IMG/VR virus record: IMGVR_UViG_3300032216_001981
Coordinates: 1-64,000 of that record
Origin: a virus
Lineage: Duplodnaviria; Caudoviricetes
Reading direction: 5' to 3' (one strand)
Length of the DNA stretch: 64,000 nt
Numbering within the stretch: position 1 is the first letter of the stretch; every line of letters starts with the position of its first letter. A program made the position numbers and the translations under genes. The notes under the pieces were generated by a model. That model was not told where the DNA came from, did no database searches, and was given only the letters and a program-made list of their open reading frames with translations. This document shows, piece after piece, positions 46,086 through 56,343 of the stretch.

Positions 46086-47503
46086 TTTGTTTTATCTAGT
46101 AACAATGCTGAAAAATCTTTTGATGATTCCGCCAATGCCGGAGTTCCATTTGTTTGTTGATTTTGTGCTCGCTTATTGGCATAATACTGTTTCATATTGG
46201 GATCACTGCTTGATAATTTGTAATTTACTTTATTAACTGGCGTTGTGGAGGTTGTACCGACATCCTTGAAACGTTGTGTTGGTAGTATTGCTCCTGGAGT
46301 TTTGCGATCAGGGCTTGTTACTGTGGCTGTACCTTGGGGATTTTTAAACGGAGGGGCAGTTACACTAGGAGTTGAGCTAGTGGGTACATTGTATGCAGTT
46401 TTCGCTTTAGTTGAGGCTGGCGCCGGTGCAACAGTCGGTGCCGCCGGAGGGGTTGTCTGAACCGGTGCAACAGTCGGTGCCGCCGGAGCATTTGCATCCT
46501 TGGGAAATCTGTCATCCACTGGGGCAGTTGCAGCCGGTGCTGTAGTAGCAGTTGTTGGATTGGCAGTGGCCTGTCCACGTGCCACTGCACGACGCCCAAC
46601 ATAGTCAGGACTGGAAGGAGTAGCCTGTGATTGTGCCTGTTGATCCAACAACGATGCCATGTTCGCATCAACCTGTTTATTATCGGGACCAAACCATTGA
46701 TTTCCAAGTTTTTTGTAAGGTGTTGTTTTTCCAGATCGGTCTTTGATTGATACAGAATTCATACCAGTGGGCTGGTCGGCCACGTTACCGACGCCAGCAT
46801 TGGCTCCCCGTTTAACTGCATTGGCGATTCCTGATGCTACATTGCCGACAGCATTGCCAATTTTAGTGCCTAGACTGTTGGTACTTTGTGGTGTTGTTGC
46901 CGGAGCTTGAGTTGCTTGAGCTTGGGTTTGAGCTTGGGCTCCTCTTGCTTGAGCCAATTGTGCTTGCAAACCGCTGATGGCAGTTTTATGTTGATCAATT
47001 TGATTTTCAATTGATGCAGCATCTACCCCTGCACTCGATGCCGAAGTGTTAGATGCAGTTGCGGTGGGTTGTGCAACAGGATCTTGTTTAAAAACTTTAC
47101 CTAATTTATCTGCTGGCTCCCCACCTACAGCGTTGGCTCCGGTGTTGAATCCCTTTGAGGCGGCACGAGCAACACCGGTGGTGGCACCTCCGGCCACAGC
47201 ACCAGCTCCACCGGCGACATCTCCGGCCACTGTTGCGGCTGCTTTTCCTAGGCCTTTTGCTCCGCTTTTAACAGCATTGTAAGCACCAGCCACTGGTCTA
47301 GCCACCATTTGATTGCCAAGTGCTTTGCCAGCACCACCAATGGCACTGGCGGCACCGGCCACAGCATCGCCAGTTTTGTTTACGTTCTTAGTAAACTTTT
47401 GAGCACCCTTGGTTATTTTTTTAGCACCTTTTTGGATATCATTAAATCCAAACTCATCTAACTGCTGTTCGTTTACAATGTCATTAATCTTCACGATTTT
47501 CAC
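46082..47503 (-). CDS. low-complexity Ala/Gly/Thr/Pro-rich probable internal head protein
   Basis: GTG start at 47503 or 47494 (MKINDIVNEQQLDE); ALAES near the C-terminus. Confidence 0.65.
   Translation of the reverse strand: MKIVKINDIVNEQQLDEFGFNDIQKGAKKITKGAQKFTKNVNKTGDAVAGAASAIGGAGKALGNQMVARPVAGAYNAVKSGAKGLGKAAATVAGDVAGGAGAVAGGATTGVARAASKGFNTGANAVGGEPADKLGKVFKQDPVAQPTATASNTSASSAGVDAASIENQIDQHKTAISGLQAQLAQARGAQAQTQAQATQAPATTPQSTNSLGTKIGNAVGNVASGIANAVKRGANAGVGNVADQPTGMNSVSIKDRSGKTTPYKKLGNQWFGPDNKQVDANMASLLDQQAQSQATPSSPDYVGRRAVARGQATANPTTATTAPAATAPVDDRFPKDANAPAAPTVAPVQTTPPAAPTVAPAPASTKAKTAYNVPTSSTPSVTAPPFKNPQGTATVTSPDRKTPGAILPTQRFKDVGTTSTTPVNKVNYKLSSSDPNMKQYYANKRAQNQQTNGTPALAESSKDFSALLLDKTK
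46423..46488. repeat. 27-bp direct repeat (APPAAPTVAP)
   Basis: CCGGTGCAACAGTCGGTGCCGCCGGAG at 46423-46449 and 46462-46488. Confidence 0.9.
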
Positions 47504-47741
47504 CTTTTAGTCGTCTTACACCACGGATAAATTTATTGGGATCTTGACTGCGGATACTGTTTAACAAGCGATTTTCCAACTGCTGTGCTGTTTCATCGTC
47601 GTAGTTTTCTCGTATGTAATTGATTAGATTCACAGCACCTGCAATAATGTTACTGGCACGTGATTCTACAAGATTTTCTCGATCACGATGCACCAACATG
47701 CTGTCTAGTTCATCTAAGATACTACGGGATCTCTTTTGCAA
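47484..47741 (-). CDS. hypothetical helical protein
   Basis: Likely TTG start at 47741 after GGAG (MQKRSRSILDELD). Confidence 0.7.
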   Translation of the reverse strand: MQKRSRSILDELDSMLVHRDRENLVESRASNIIAGAVNLINYIRENYDDETAQQLENRLLNSIRSQDPNKFIRGVRRLKGENRED

Positions 47742-47775
47742 GACTTGCTCCAATTTATGTTATATTTATGTGGAG

Positions 47776-49218
47776 TTAATCCGTTTTGGCTTTTAACCCA
47801 GCCAACATGCTTTTGAGTCTACTGCTGTCCACTGTGGCTGAGGGTGGTGGACCAGCATCCTTGTCAATGCTAAATCCCGACTTGGCTTTAACATCAAATT
47901 GATTAACTGTGGTGGTGGTTTTGATTTGATCCATGATTGAGGCCATTCTAGGTGGTCCGCCGCCACCTGTGTAACTTTCTTGTCCTTCTTCTCCCGGATC
48001 AGTGATACGCATGGTTTCTATGTTGTATTCTAAATCAATTTTATGTCCAACACCGGTTGAGCTACGCGACTTCATACACTGAATTTGATAACGCCCACGC
48101 TCTCGCATGGCTCGGCTGGTAAAGATACCAAACACGTTATCAGCAGTGTTGATCTTTGAAATACCTCCTGCAATGTGACTGTGGTCAAACTCTATTTCTT
48201 CCACTGCACTTCTATTCAACTGACTTGCTGTCACAAACAACACATTGAGTTCTTTGGCTAGATTACGCAGTTCTTCCGCCACATACTTGTCTTTGATGAA
48301 CTGGTCATTGGGATTCACCTTGACCGATACCGGCATCACCAAGTCCAAGTAGTCGCACATGACAAAGTCCACTTTATTACCGGTTTGTATTTGATACTCT
48401 TTGATGAAACTGCGAATGTCATTCACTGTGCTCTGTGCTGGCAGGGCTTTGATTCTATAGGCTCCGGCTTTTTTGCCCACCATCTTGACCTTGAGTGTAG
48501 TGGTGTCTATGTCCTTGCGTATGTCTTTTGTACCTGTGCTGGTCAACATGGCATCGGTTCTCAAAGCACACAGTTCTTCTGACAGTTCCAAACTGATGTA
48601 CACACCTGATAAGCCGGCCTGCAACCACGACAGTGCTATGTTCATCATGACCAAGCTCTTGCCCGAACCCGAACCTCCAGCAAATATGTTTAGTTCACCT
48701 CTGCTCATGCCACCATAGAGAATCTTGTCCATGGTGGGCCATCCGGTTGACACTTGTCCGCCCGAGTTGTAATACCTATCAATACGTGACTTGGGATCTG
48801 AAAAGTAGTCTGTGCCCAAGTCTTTGGTTAAACTTATTTGCACTGCATCTTTGATCAATTTCTCCACAGGATCGTAGTCGCCCTTTTCCAACAGGTCTGC
48901 TGATTTTAAAATGGCACGTTCCAGTTCCATCCTGCGTGTAAAACCTTCAAATTCCATCATGAACCAGTCGTGATGTCCCGCCACTGTGTCAGGTAAGGGT
49001 TTTAATTCCACTCCGGTCACTGCGTGAATCTGTTCAAGTGTGGGCAATGTTTTATAATCGTTTGAGTGTGTTCTAACGAACTCGGCCACAGCACGTAGGC
49101 TTCGATCAAAGTTTTCAGGGTTATAAATGTTTTGTACTCTGACGTAACTCTGTGCATCGGTCAACATCATTTCCAAAAACAATCGTTGTATCTCGGGGCT
49201 GTATTCTTTTGTTGTCAT
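47776..49218 (-). CDS. replicative DnaB/gp41-like helicase
   Basis: Walker A GGSGSGKS, YISLEL, CDYLD, TASQLNR, KSRSS. Confidence 0.92.
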   Translation of the reverse strand: MTTKEYSPEIQRLFLEMMLTDAQSYVRVQNIYNPENFDRSLRAVAEFVRTHSNDYKTLPTLEQIHAVTGVELKPLPDTVAGHHDWFMMEFEGFTRRMELERAILKSADLLEKGDYDPVEKLIKDAVQISLTKDLGTDYFSDPKSRIDRYYNSGGQVSTGWPTMDKILYGGMSRGELNIFAGGSGSGKSLVMMNIALSWLQAGLSGVYISLELSEELCALRTDAMLTSTGTKDIRKDIDTTTLKVKMVGKKAGAYRIKALPAQSTVNDIRSFIKEYQIQTGNKVDFVMCDYLDLVMPVSVKVNPNDQFIKDKYVAEELRNLAKELNVLFVTASQLNRSAVEEIEFDHSHIAGGISKINTADNVFGIFTSRAMRERGRYQIQCMKSRSSTGVGHKIDLEYNIETMRITDPGEEGQESYTGGGGPPRMASIMDQIKTTTTVNQFDVKAKSGFSIDKDAGPPPSATVDSSRLKSMLAGLKAKTD

Positions 49219-49222
49219 ATTG

Positions 49223-50254
49223 TTAATTATATAATCTTTTCTTTAGTAATTCAATTTTTAATCTACTGGTTTGTTTGCCTGCTAATATTGATTTCAATGC
49301 AAATAACTTGCCATACTGTTGTACTGCTGCACCAACATCTTTACATTCGCGTTGCCATTCGGGATAGCTCACTGCCCATCCATACTCCAATGCAGCATCA
49401 ACCAAGCGTGAGCCTGCACGGTCAGCATCCGGAACTACTATAACTTCACGTGCCAAGCTGTCAATGATGTCGGCCTGTTGCTCACTGACTTCATTGCCCA
49501 ACACTGCCACACCATCAATGGCCATGGCATCAAACGGTCCTTCACACACTATGACAAACTTACTCCCAGCCTGCTGTTGATCTACATTGAACACATAGCC
49601 GGGTTCATGACTGTTGTGGTATTTGGGTCGAACATCATCTGATACTGCACGGGCAGTATAGCCAATGATCTCGTTTTGCCAAGTGAACGGGATTACGACC
49701 CGACGATGTAGGTTGTTGTGTGTAGCCGGAGTCCACATTAAATTGTATTTAATCAAGTCAATCCGTCTACTGGCACTGTACATCACAGCCGCATGAAACT
49801 CCTTTGGCACCGCAGAATCTTTCAGTGTGTACCACGATTCCCAGGCTGTGAAGTTCTGTGCCGATTCTGGCAAAGGTCTTGGCTTAAAGTTGATGGGTTC
49901 TGCCGATTCCACCTTCACCAGTTGTTCGGGTGCTGTCAATTCTCTAATACGTATGGCATCAATCACCAAGCGTTTTACAGTATTTTCATCAGCACCCAAC
50001 CAAGTTAATAATTTTCTAAACTTGTAAGTTAAATGCCGGCCGGGTTGGTAAGATGCTCGAAAATTGCAGTTAAAACAGGAATATGATACAGCACCATCGG
50101 GATTGACAATGACTCCGCCACGACCTCTAGTGTCGGCACTTTCACCCGAATGTGGGCAACAAACAGCATTGAATGACGTCCACCCAGTGGTGGCATTGGT
50201 TCTACGTCGAGCGGGCAACAACTGAGTTAGGGCGAGTACAATAGAATTTGACAT
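49223..50254 (-). CDS. DNA primase (gp61-like; Zn-binding + TOPRIM)
   Basis: CCPH...CFNC Zn finger; IPF...GYTAR; VCEGPFDA; VPDADRAG. Confidence 0.9.
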   Translation of the reverse strand: MSNSIVLALTQLLPARRRTNATTGWTSFNAVCCPHSGESADTRGRGGVIVNPDGAVSYSCFNCNFRASYQPGRHLTYKFRKLLTWLGADENTVKRLVIDAIRIRELTAPEQLVKVESAEPINFKPRPLPESAQNFTAWESWYTLKDSAVPKEFHAAVMYSASRRIDLIKYNLMWTPATHNNLHRRVVIPFTWQNEIIGYTARAVSDDVRPKYHNSHEPGYVFNVDQQQAGSKFVIVCEGPFDAMAIDGVAVLGNEVSEQQADIIDSLAREVIVVPDADRAGSRLVDAALEYGWAVSYPEWQRECKDVGAAVQQYGKLFALKSILAGKQTSRLKIELLKKRLYN

Positions 50255-50262
50255 TGTGTTAC

Positions 50263-50291
50263 AGTATACGCTACTGCTGTCACAATGTCAA
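50263..50291 (-). promoter_or_regulatory. sigma70-type promoter for primase
   Basis: TTGACA-17-TATACT, 8 nt before ATG 50254. Confidence 0.72.
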
Positions 50292-50322
50292 AAGTTTTGA
50301 TAACAATACTGCTGTTATTGGA

Positions 50323-51015
50323 TTATAACGGAACTTCTTCCCACATGATAGACGAAGTGGCTGAATGAGCAGCAGGAGTAGTAGTTGCCATCAAAGTCAA
50401 CACAGCGTTGGGCGGAACAATGATGTGTCCGTCAAAGTTTTCTACAAAACCCATCAATTGAGTTTGCATACCAGCAGCAGTTGCAACAAATGATGCGTTG
50501 GTTGCAGAACCACCGCCCAATGCAGAACCAAATGCCACTGCCAAAGTACCAGTCATACCAGTTAGTGCTGTATTAAGTGGAATATAACGTCCCTGTGCAC
50601 CAGAAGCTACAAGAGTTTTCATGTTAAGTGGTTGAGCACCAGTTGAGATTGGACCTGCCAGAGCCGATACCATCCAAACATACGGACCAGCACCAGTGGC
50701 TGTCAATGCAGTCATGGTCACTGCCAATGTGGCCTGTAACAACACACAGTTTACAGTGGAACCCGACGGGTTATATAAAGTAGCCAGTGGAGTTGCAGTG
50801 GCACCAGTTGTGGCTGAGGTAAAAGTTGCCGCGTTGATCGCAGTTGTTGTTGTACCGCCTTTGTATAAAGAACCACGATATGCTTGTTCATAAAATCTAC
50901 CGTGTAGCTCAGAAACAATAAGGTCACCCAATTGTCCTGCTCTAGCCGGTGCTTGTAAACCAGCTGAAATACTTGTTGTGGTAGCGATTGGACCTACCTG
51001 ATTTTGAATTAACAT
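50323..51015 (-). CDS. virion structural protein (putative)
   Basis: Thr/Ala/Gly-rich; TATAAATA at 51074-51067 and AAGGAG SD. Confidence 0.6.
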   Translation of the reverse strand: MLIQNQVGPIATTTSISAGLQAPARAGQLGDLIVSELHGRFYEQAYRGSLYKGGTTTTAINAATFTSATTGATATPLATLYNPSGSTVNCVLLQATLAVTMTALTATGAGPYVWMVSALAGPISTGAQPLNMKTLVASGAQGRYIPLNTALTGMTGTLAVAFGSALGGGSATNASFVATAAGMQTQLMGFVENFDGHIIVPPNAVLTLMATTTPAAHSATSSIMWEEVPL

Positions 51016-51097
51016 CTTTTAAATCTCCTTAAATTTTTAATGTAATTGACTTACAATTCTTAACTGTATTTATACATTTGGTATTTTATCAAATGGT

Positions 51098-52459
51098 TTA
51101 CTGCTGTTGACCAAACAATGACGCATCATTACGCATGTCTTTGGGTTCATCGCCATATGTAAACATTGGTAAATTACCAGCTGTGTTTATACCATTCAAC
51201 TGTCCGGCCAAGATTCTTGGTAACTCGTATATCTGTTGGTTCAATATCTTTAATTCTTGTAGCACCAGTGCCAATATTTCAATCTGTGACTGTCCTTCAT
51301 ATTGGCTAGTGTCTTGCACAGTTAACGCAACTTGATTGATGTAACCGGTGGCACTAATCGGAGCATTACCTGTTGTTGCAGAGCCTATTGCGGCGTTGCT
51401 GGTTGGTATTGTTCTGTTGGCTATGATCAAGTCGCCCAACATGGTGGATGACAGTCGTCTTGCGGCACCTGCGGGGTCTATGCCGCCTGTGATCAATGGG
51501 AAACTTGTTGCGGCTGGTGCGGAACCAACTGCAACAACACCGCCGACTGAAAGTGAACCAACGGTATCTGTTAATAATCTACGAGCTAACCCTCCTGAAT
51601 CAGCCCCACCAACAATCAACGGTACGTTGGTTGTTGCACTACCTGTAGCAACCGGAGCAACACCACCGATTGCAACCAAATTTTGACCTGTCAGTTGTGC
51701 TGGCGTGTTTCTTAATACATAAGTAAATTGACCACCGGTAGTGGCAGTGATTCTGGCAAATCTAGCCAAAACAGGAATTGTATAAGTTGTACTTGCAACA
51801 AATGTTGTAGTGTAAGCACCTGTTGCAGTCATCATTGGTGCGTTTACACCAAAAGTCAAACCGTCATTGGAAAATGCAACGCCTCCTGTAGCAGCAAAAG
51901 TAGCGTTGGTTGACAAATGTATGGTTTGATAGCCGGTGGTATCAATAATGTTGACACTACCAATTTGTGCTAGAACTGTCACCGGTTGTGGTGCATCCGA
52001 TAATATAAATGCACCTGATAAATCTTGTTTGATACCTGAGTTTTGTGCTTGTAGCCTGACGTTCAATGGTGAGTTGTTTGATTCATCCATGGCCCATGAA
52101 ATCTTGTCCACAGGAGATACAACAGATTGACCACCATCAATCATAAGTGTTACGGATCCAGAAATATTGGTGACGTTGTATCTTAGATACTGTGCCTCTG
52201 TACGAACTGCGTATAACCCCAAACTGTCAATTTGAGATTTTTGATTCATGGCGTTCATTTCGGTAACCAAACACGGATACCAAACTACTCGATCCAATGA
52301 ACGTTCTAAAGTGATAATTCCGCTAAATGTTGATCCGTTTACTTGAATAAGAGCACTATCGTAACCCGTCATGTCTAAGGCGTTACCAGCACCTACAGTG
52401 GTTACTGTTCCCGAGAACAAGGTTTGATTATCAGGAGAATTTAGTCCAATATAACTCAT
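51098..52459 (-). CDS. virion structural protein (putative fibre/appendage)
   Basis: 453 aa, beta-rich, with repeated GG.D..G.ARRL units. Confidence 0.6.
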   Translation of the reverse strand: MSYIGLNSPDNQTLFSGTVTTVGAGNALDMTGYDSALIQVNGSTFSGIITLERSLDRVVWYPCLVTEMNAMNQKSQIDSLGLYAVRTEAQYLRYNVTNISGSVTLMIDGGQSVVSPVDKISWAMDESNNSPLNVRLQAQNSGIKQDLSGAFILSDAPQPVTVLAQIGSVNIIDTTGYQTIHLSTNATFAATGGVAFSNDGLTFGVNAPMMTATGAYTTTFVASTTYTIPVLARFARITATTGGQFTYVLRNTPAQLTGQNLVAIGGVAPVATGSATTNVPLIVGGADSGGLARRLLTDTVGSLSVGGVVAVGSAPAATSFPLITGGIDPAGAARRLSSTMLGDLIIANRTIPTSNAAIGSATTGNAPISATGYINQVALTVQDTSQYEGQSQIEILALVLQELKILNQQIYELPRILAGQLNGINTAGNLPMFTYGDEPKDMRNDASLFGQQQ

Positions 52460-52460
52460 A

Positions 52461-52778
52461 TTAGGTCACCTCAATTACAGAAACAATAACATCCACACTT
52501 TGTGAACTAGATACAGCAATTAAATTGTTGGCTGCTACTATGATTCTACTGGCATCCACCACGTTGAGCGTGGTGCCGGGGAATATGTTTACAGTGCTGA
52601 CAATGTTGGCTCTAGTGGCCCCACTCCACATTGCTATGTTGGCAATGGCTGTGTTTGCTGTGTTATTGGCCACTGTGAGTCCGATTACTGTGGCCTGTAT
52701 GCCAGTGGCAGTGGGGTTGTACACAGTGGTATTACCTGTTATATTTGAAGCAAGATAGTTGGTATAATTTATGGCCAT
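52461..52778 (-). CDS. small structural protein
   Basis: Asn/Thr/Val-rich; TAAATA 6 nt before the ATG. Confidence 0.6.
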   Translation of the reverse strand: MAINYTNYLASNITGNTTVYNPTATGIQATVIGLTVANNTANTAIANIAMWSGATRANIVSTVNIFPGTTLNVVDASRIIVAANNLIAVSSSQSVDVIVSVIEVT

Positions 52779-52787
52779 ATAGAGTAT

Positions 52788-55700
52788 TTATGCTATTAAA
52801 CTTTGGGCTAGAATGATGCGTTGTATGTCAGTTGCTGTTTGACTGACACCGAATGGTACTGTGAATTGACTGGTTACCGAAGCATTTCCAGCTGAAATGT
52901 TACCGGTGTATGTGGGTAAAAACTGTGCAACTTGAGTGTTGCCATAACTGCCAGCACCCACTGTTGATAAAATATTAACGCCGTTGGCAAATAGGTAGTT
53001 GGGTGCAACCACATTGCCCGACACAGTGGCATTACCTGTAGCGGCGTTTAATGTTAGTAATGTGGCGTCAAAGTAAGTGTTTCGTGTTCCGTAAATGGCC
53101 AAGTTGTTGACATCAACGGCTGCTATCTTGTACAGTGTATTACTGGCACCCAAATAAGTGAGCACCACAGGGCCATCACTTTGAATGGAAGGTGCTGCAA
53201 ATACGCCACCGGAGCTGAGTGTAGCAACATATGATCCAGTGTTCAACTGCGATAGAGTTTTGTTTGTTATAGATGTTTGTATGCCGGTTATGGTTGAATC
53301 TGTTGGCAAATATGCTGCTACATTGGTGTTGCTGTAAGTTCCTGGCTGTGGATTGGCTGTCAAGTAGCTGGCAACATTGCTGTTACCGTAACTGCCGCCG
53401 GCAGTTAAGTAAGTTAAATTGGCGTAGGTGTAAAAACTGCCCAAGTTGGCATTGATACTGGTGACATTGCTTTGTAAGTTGCCCAACCAAACGTTCTGTC
53501 CAGCCTGTGTTAGGTTGGCGTAAACATAATAAGATCCAATGTTGGCATTGGTTGATTGTATTTGACCAGCTTGAGCAGCAGCATTGGCATTGGCATAGAT
53601 GTAGTATGAACCAAGGTTGGCATTGATACTGGTGACATTGCTTTGTAAGTTAGATAACCAGATGTTGGTGGCTATGTAATAACTGCCCACATTGGCCGAC
53701 AATGCAGATATAGTGGCATTGGCAGCATTGATATTGTTGTTGGAGTAGGTGTTGGCCGAAATGATCTTGAGATCTAAATTGGTCAGTGTGGTTTCTTGAT
53801 TTCGTGCATTGGCAGTCCAAGCAGTAGTGACAGCATTGATTGAGGTATTGACTGTAACAATGTTGTTGTCTACATAATTTTTCATGCCAATGTTGGCATT
53901 GACAGTGGCGTTCAATGAGTTTTGTACATTGGCTGCCATGGCAGTGTTTAAATCATTGACATAACCAACCACCGCGGTGTTGGCTGTGACAATTTGATTT
54001 GCTAAACTGCTTACATTGGCAAATAAGTCAAGTCCCTGTACCACAACTGTGTTGGCCACTGTGACTGTGCCAGAGACTCCAACGCCACCGGCCACTGTTA
54101 ATGCACCCGAGGTACTACTGTTGCTGATGTTGGTAGAAGTGATACGAACTATGTTGCTTGAGGTAATTCGCATCACTTCGTTGTTGGCGTTACCGCCACC
54201 AACAACAAATAAAATATCGTTGGCTGTTTGTGTGTTTATAATTAAGTTACCGCCACCGGTCACAGCATTACCAAACACGTTGATATAAGCGTCGTTTGGG
54301 CGGGCAATGGCATAGCCTGGATAATTGTACGTGCTACTGCCTATACCAATATCGATAAAAGTATCGCTGGCATTACCGTTGTCGGCTGTTATAATAAGAT
54401 CGCTGGATGCCCGTGCGCCAGAATTAATATTTTGCATATTAATTCCACCGTAATCATTGTAATTTGTAGACACTTGAACTGCAATCTGTGGCTGAACATT
54501 GTAGCCAGTGGAGATTCCAGCATACAAGGCACCAAATCCGTTAGTATCACCAAAGAACTGCCCCGAATTTCCTGTAACTGTTTGATTAGTTACATTACCA
54601 ATAAAATTAATATTTCCGGTTACTGTTAAGTTGCCTGATATTGATACATCACCGGCTGCGGTCAATGTGTTGAGTACACCAAGTTGATTGATATTGGGTT
54701 GATTGGCTGTGGTTATAGTACCCGCAATCAATCCGGTGTAACTAGGCAGGTATGCTGCTACATTGGCGTTGGAATATCTAGCAGCAGTGACCGAAGCCAA
54801 TATAACATTACTGTAGGATAATTCTTTGGTAACAGTGTTGTACACCACCATTATAGTGTTGCCAGCGTCGTAGTAGTTTCTTACAGGATTTACAAAAAAT
54901 CCAGATACATTTGCACTAAGTCCTGTTGCATTGGCATTTAATATAATACTGTTGGCAACTTGTGTGGTTGGTCCATTGCTGCCGCCAATTGAAATGGCAT
55001 TGTTGCCTTGGCTGGTATAGCCGGTGTTCTGTCCAATTGCAATTGAGTTAGTGCCTTGGTTATTGGTACCAGAATTGTAACCTATGGCAATGGAATATCC
55101 ACTTTGATTGATTTGTCCAGAGAAAGTGCCAATGGCCAAATCATAACTGCCCTGTGATGGAGTAAATCCCGGTCCTGCACCTCCGGCATAGTAGCCCCAG
55201 GCCAAAGAACCGTCGGGGGTATCATAAAAACTCGATCCTGAAGGCAGTGTCAGTACACCTGTGGGATTGAAATTCCACAATGCACTACTGGCCCCGATCT
55301 GTGCTGACGTGCCATCAACTCCAACAAAGTTAGCACCGCTGGTGTTGGCCACCCAGGCTTGATCTCCCACTAGAGTAATTATATTTGGCAAGGCCCCAAC
55401 ACCGGGATAGCCGGGCTGTAGTTGTGTACCATTGGAAAGATTTACATTACCGGAACTGGCTAATACAAGATTTCCACTGCCATTGATTAAACTGTTAAAC
55501 GAAAGTGGTGCACCGTTGGCATACAAATAACTGTTGCTTCGCACATTGCCGGCTCGGACTGTAGCAGTGGTTAAGATATTGCTGGTGACATTACCGCTGG
55601 CAAGATACACAGCTACTTGTGTGTTACCGTACGTGCCACCACCTCCACCACCGCTGATTAAATGCCCACCCGGTGTAACACCGTCGTGAATACGAATACT

Positions 55701-55814
55701 GTTTAAATCAGTATCCATCGTTGGTTCGCCCAAGGGACCTGTATAGGCTAAACTACGGGCAGTGGTACCGCGTTTAAGCAGTACTTGGGTTACTTGTACA
55801 TTGGCAACAGTCAT
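52788..55814 (-). CDS. long tail-fibre-like protein
   Basis: LLKRGT...GEPTMDTDLNSIRIHDGVTPGG (Mtd-N-like), repeated Y(G/S)N.NVA.YL modules and an Asn-rich coiled coil. Confidence 0.8.
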   Translation of the reverse strand: MTVANVQVTQVLLKRGTTARSLAYTGPLGEPTMDTDLNSIRIHDGVTPGGHLISGGGGGGTYGNTQVAVYLASGNVTSNILTTATVRAGNVRSNSYLYANGAPLSFNSLINGSGNLVLASSGNVNLSNGTQLQPGYPGVGALPNIITLVGDQAWVANTSGANFVGVDGTSAQIGASSALWNFNPTGVLTLPSGSSFYDTPDGSLAWGYYAGGAGPGFTPSQGSYDLAIGTFSGQINQSGYSIAIGYNSGTNNQGTNSIAIGQNTGYTSQGNNAISIGGSNGPTTQVANSIILNANATGLSANVSGFFVNPVRNYYDAGNTIMVVYNTVTKELSYSNVILASVTAARYSNANVAAYLPSYTGLIAGTITTANQPNINQLGVLNTLTAAGDVSISGNLTVTGNINFIGNVTNQTVTGNSGQFFGDTNGFGALYAGISTGYNVQPQIAVQVSTNYNDYGGINMQNINSGARASSDLIITADNGNASDTFIDIGIGSSTYNYPGYAIARPNDAYINVFGNAVTGGGNLIINTQTANDILFVVGGGNANNEVMRITSSNIVRITSTNISNSSTSGALTVAGGVGVSGTVTVANTVVVQGLDLFANVSSLANQIVTANTAVVGYVNDLNTAMAANVQNSLNATVNANIGMKNYVDNNIVTVNTSINAVTTAWTANARNQETTLTNLDLKIISANTYSNNNINAANATISALSANVGSYYIATNIWLSNLQSNVTSINANLGSYYIYANANAAAQAGQIQSTNANIGSYYVYANLTQAGQNVWLGNLQSNVTSINANLGSFYTYANLTYLTAGGSYGNSNVASYLTANPQPGTYSNTNVAAYLPTDSTITGIQTSITNKTLSQLNTGSYVATLSSGGVFAAPSIQSDGPVVLTYLGASNTLYKIAAVDVNNLAIYGTRNTYFDATLLTLNAATGNATVSGNVVAPNYLFANGVNILSTVGAGSYGNTQVAQFLPTYTGNISAGNASVTSQFTVPFGVSQTATDIQRIILAQSLIA
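53445..53651. repeat. 36-bp direct repeat in the tail-fibre gene
   Basis: GTTGGCATTGATACTGGTGACATTGCTTTGTAAGTT at 53445-53480 and 53616-53651. Confidence 0.88.
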
Positions 55815-56308
55815 TAGATGTATCCACCATCAACAACACTTTGATCAATGCCCGGAGCCGGAGCCATGTTGCTCCAGTAGGCCGGCATTATTTCTAAATC
55901 TAAAGGAACTCCGTAATTGTCATCTATGTACAAGGGAGCTTCAGAATTGTCCGAAGTCTTGGTAACTTTAAAAGTCAACTTGTAAAATCTCTGTTCTAGA
56001 TCATCAATCACGGGTTTGGTAAATGTAAATGTACCTTGGCCCCGAGTTATATCACCGAAGGTTACGGGATACGTGGCTACAGTTAGTTGATTCACTGGAT
56101 CTTGTATCTGTGCATCCACAGTGTACCCGGTCAAATCCACTGCTTTTTGATCTTGGTTTTTAATTACAATCTGCACTGGGTTGTCTATGCCCTGATAAAC
56201 TCTAATGGTTCTTGAATACACAACTCGGTTCCTTGTAGTAAATATGGTGGGATCGAAAATCTGGACCTCTACCATGATAGGATATAAATATGTTTTAATG
56301 GTGATCAT
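55814..56308 (-). CDS. virion structural protein (Ig-like/baseplate-attachment type)
   Basis: IRVYQGIDNPVQIVIKNQDQKAVDLTGY; TAATG-coupled to the fibre gene. Confidence 0.6.
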   Translation of the reverse strand: MITIKTYLYPIMVEVQIFDPTIFTTRNRVVYSRTIRVYQGIDNPVQIVIKNQDQKAVDLTGYTVDAQIQDPVNQLTVATYPVTFGDITRGQGTFTFTKPVIDDLEQRFYKLTFKVTKTSDNSEAPLYIDDNYGVPLDLEIMPAYWSNMAPAPGIDQSVVDGGYI

Positions 56309-56334
56309 TCATGATTGCCTTTATAACATATTTA
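56283..56334. promoter_or_regulatory. face-to-face late-promoter cores
   Basis: TATAAATA (+) at 56283-56290 and TAAATA (-) at 56334-56329. Confidence 0.5.
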
Positions 56335-56343
56335 GCGAGAAAC

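Noticed and set aside
53445-53651. Tail-fibre direct repeats as a DGR template/variable repeat pair or an invertible cassette
   Set aside because: The copies are identical and in-frame within one gene (coiled-coil repeat). There are no adenine-specific mismatches and no reverse transcriptase or invertase in the window.
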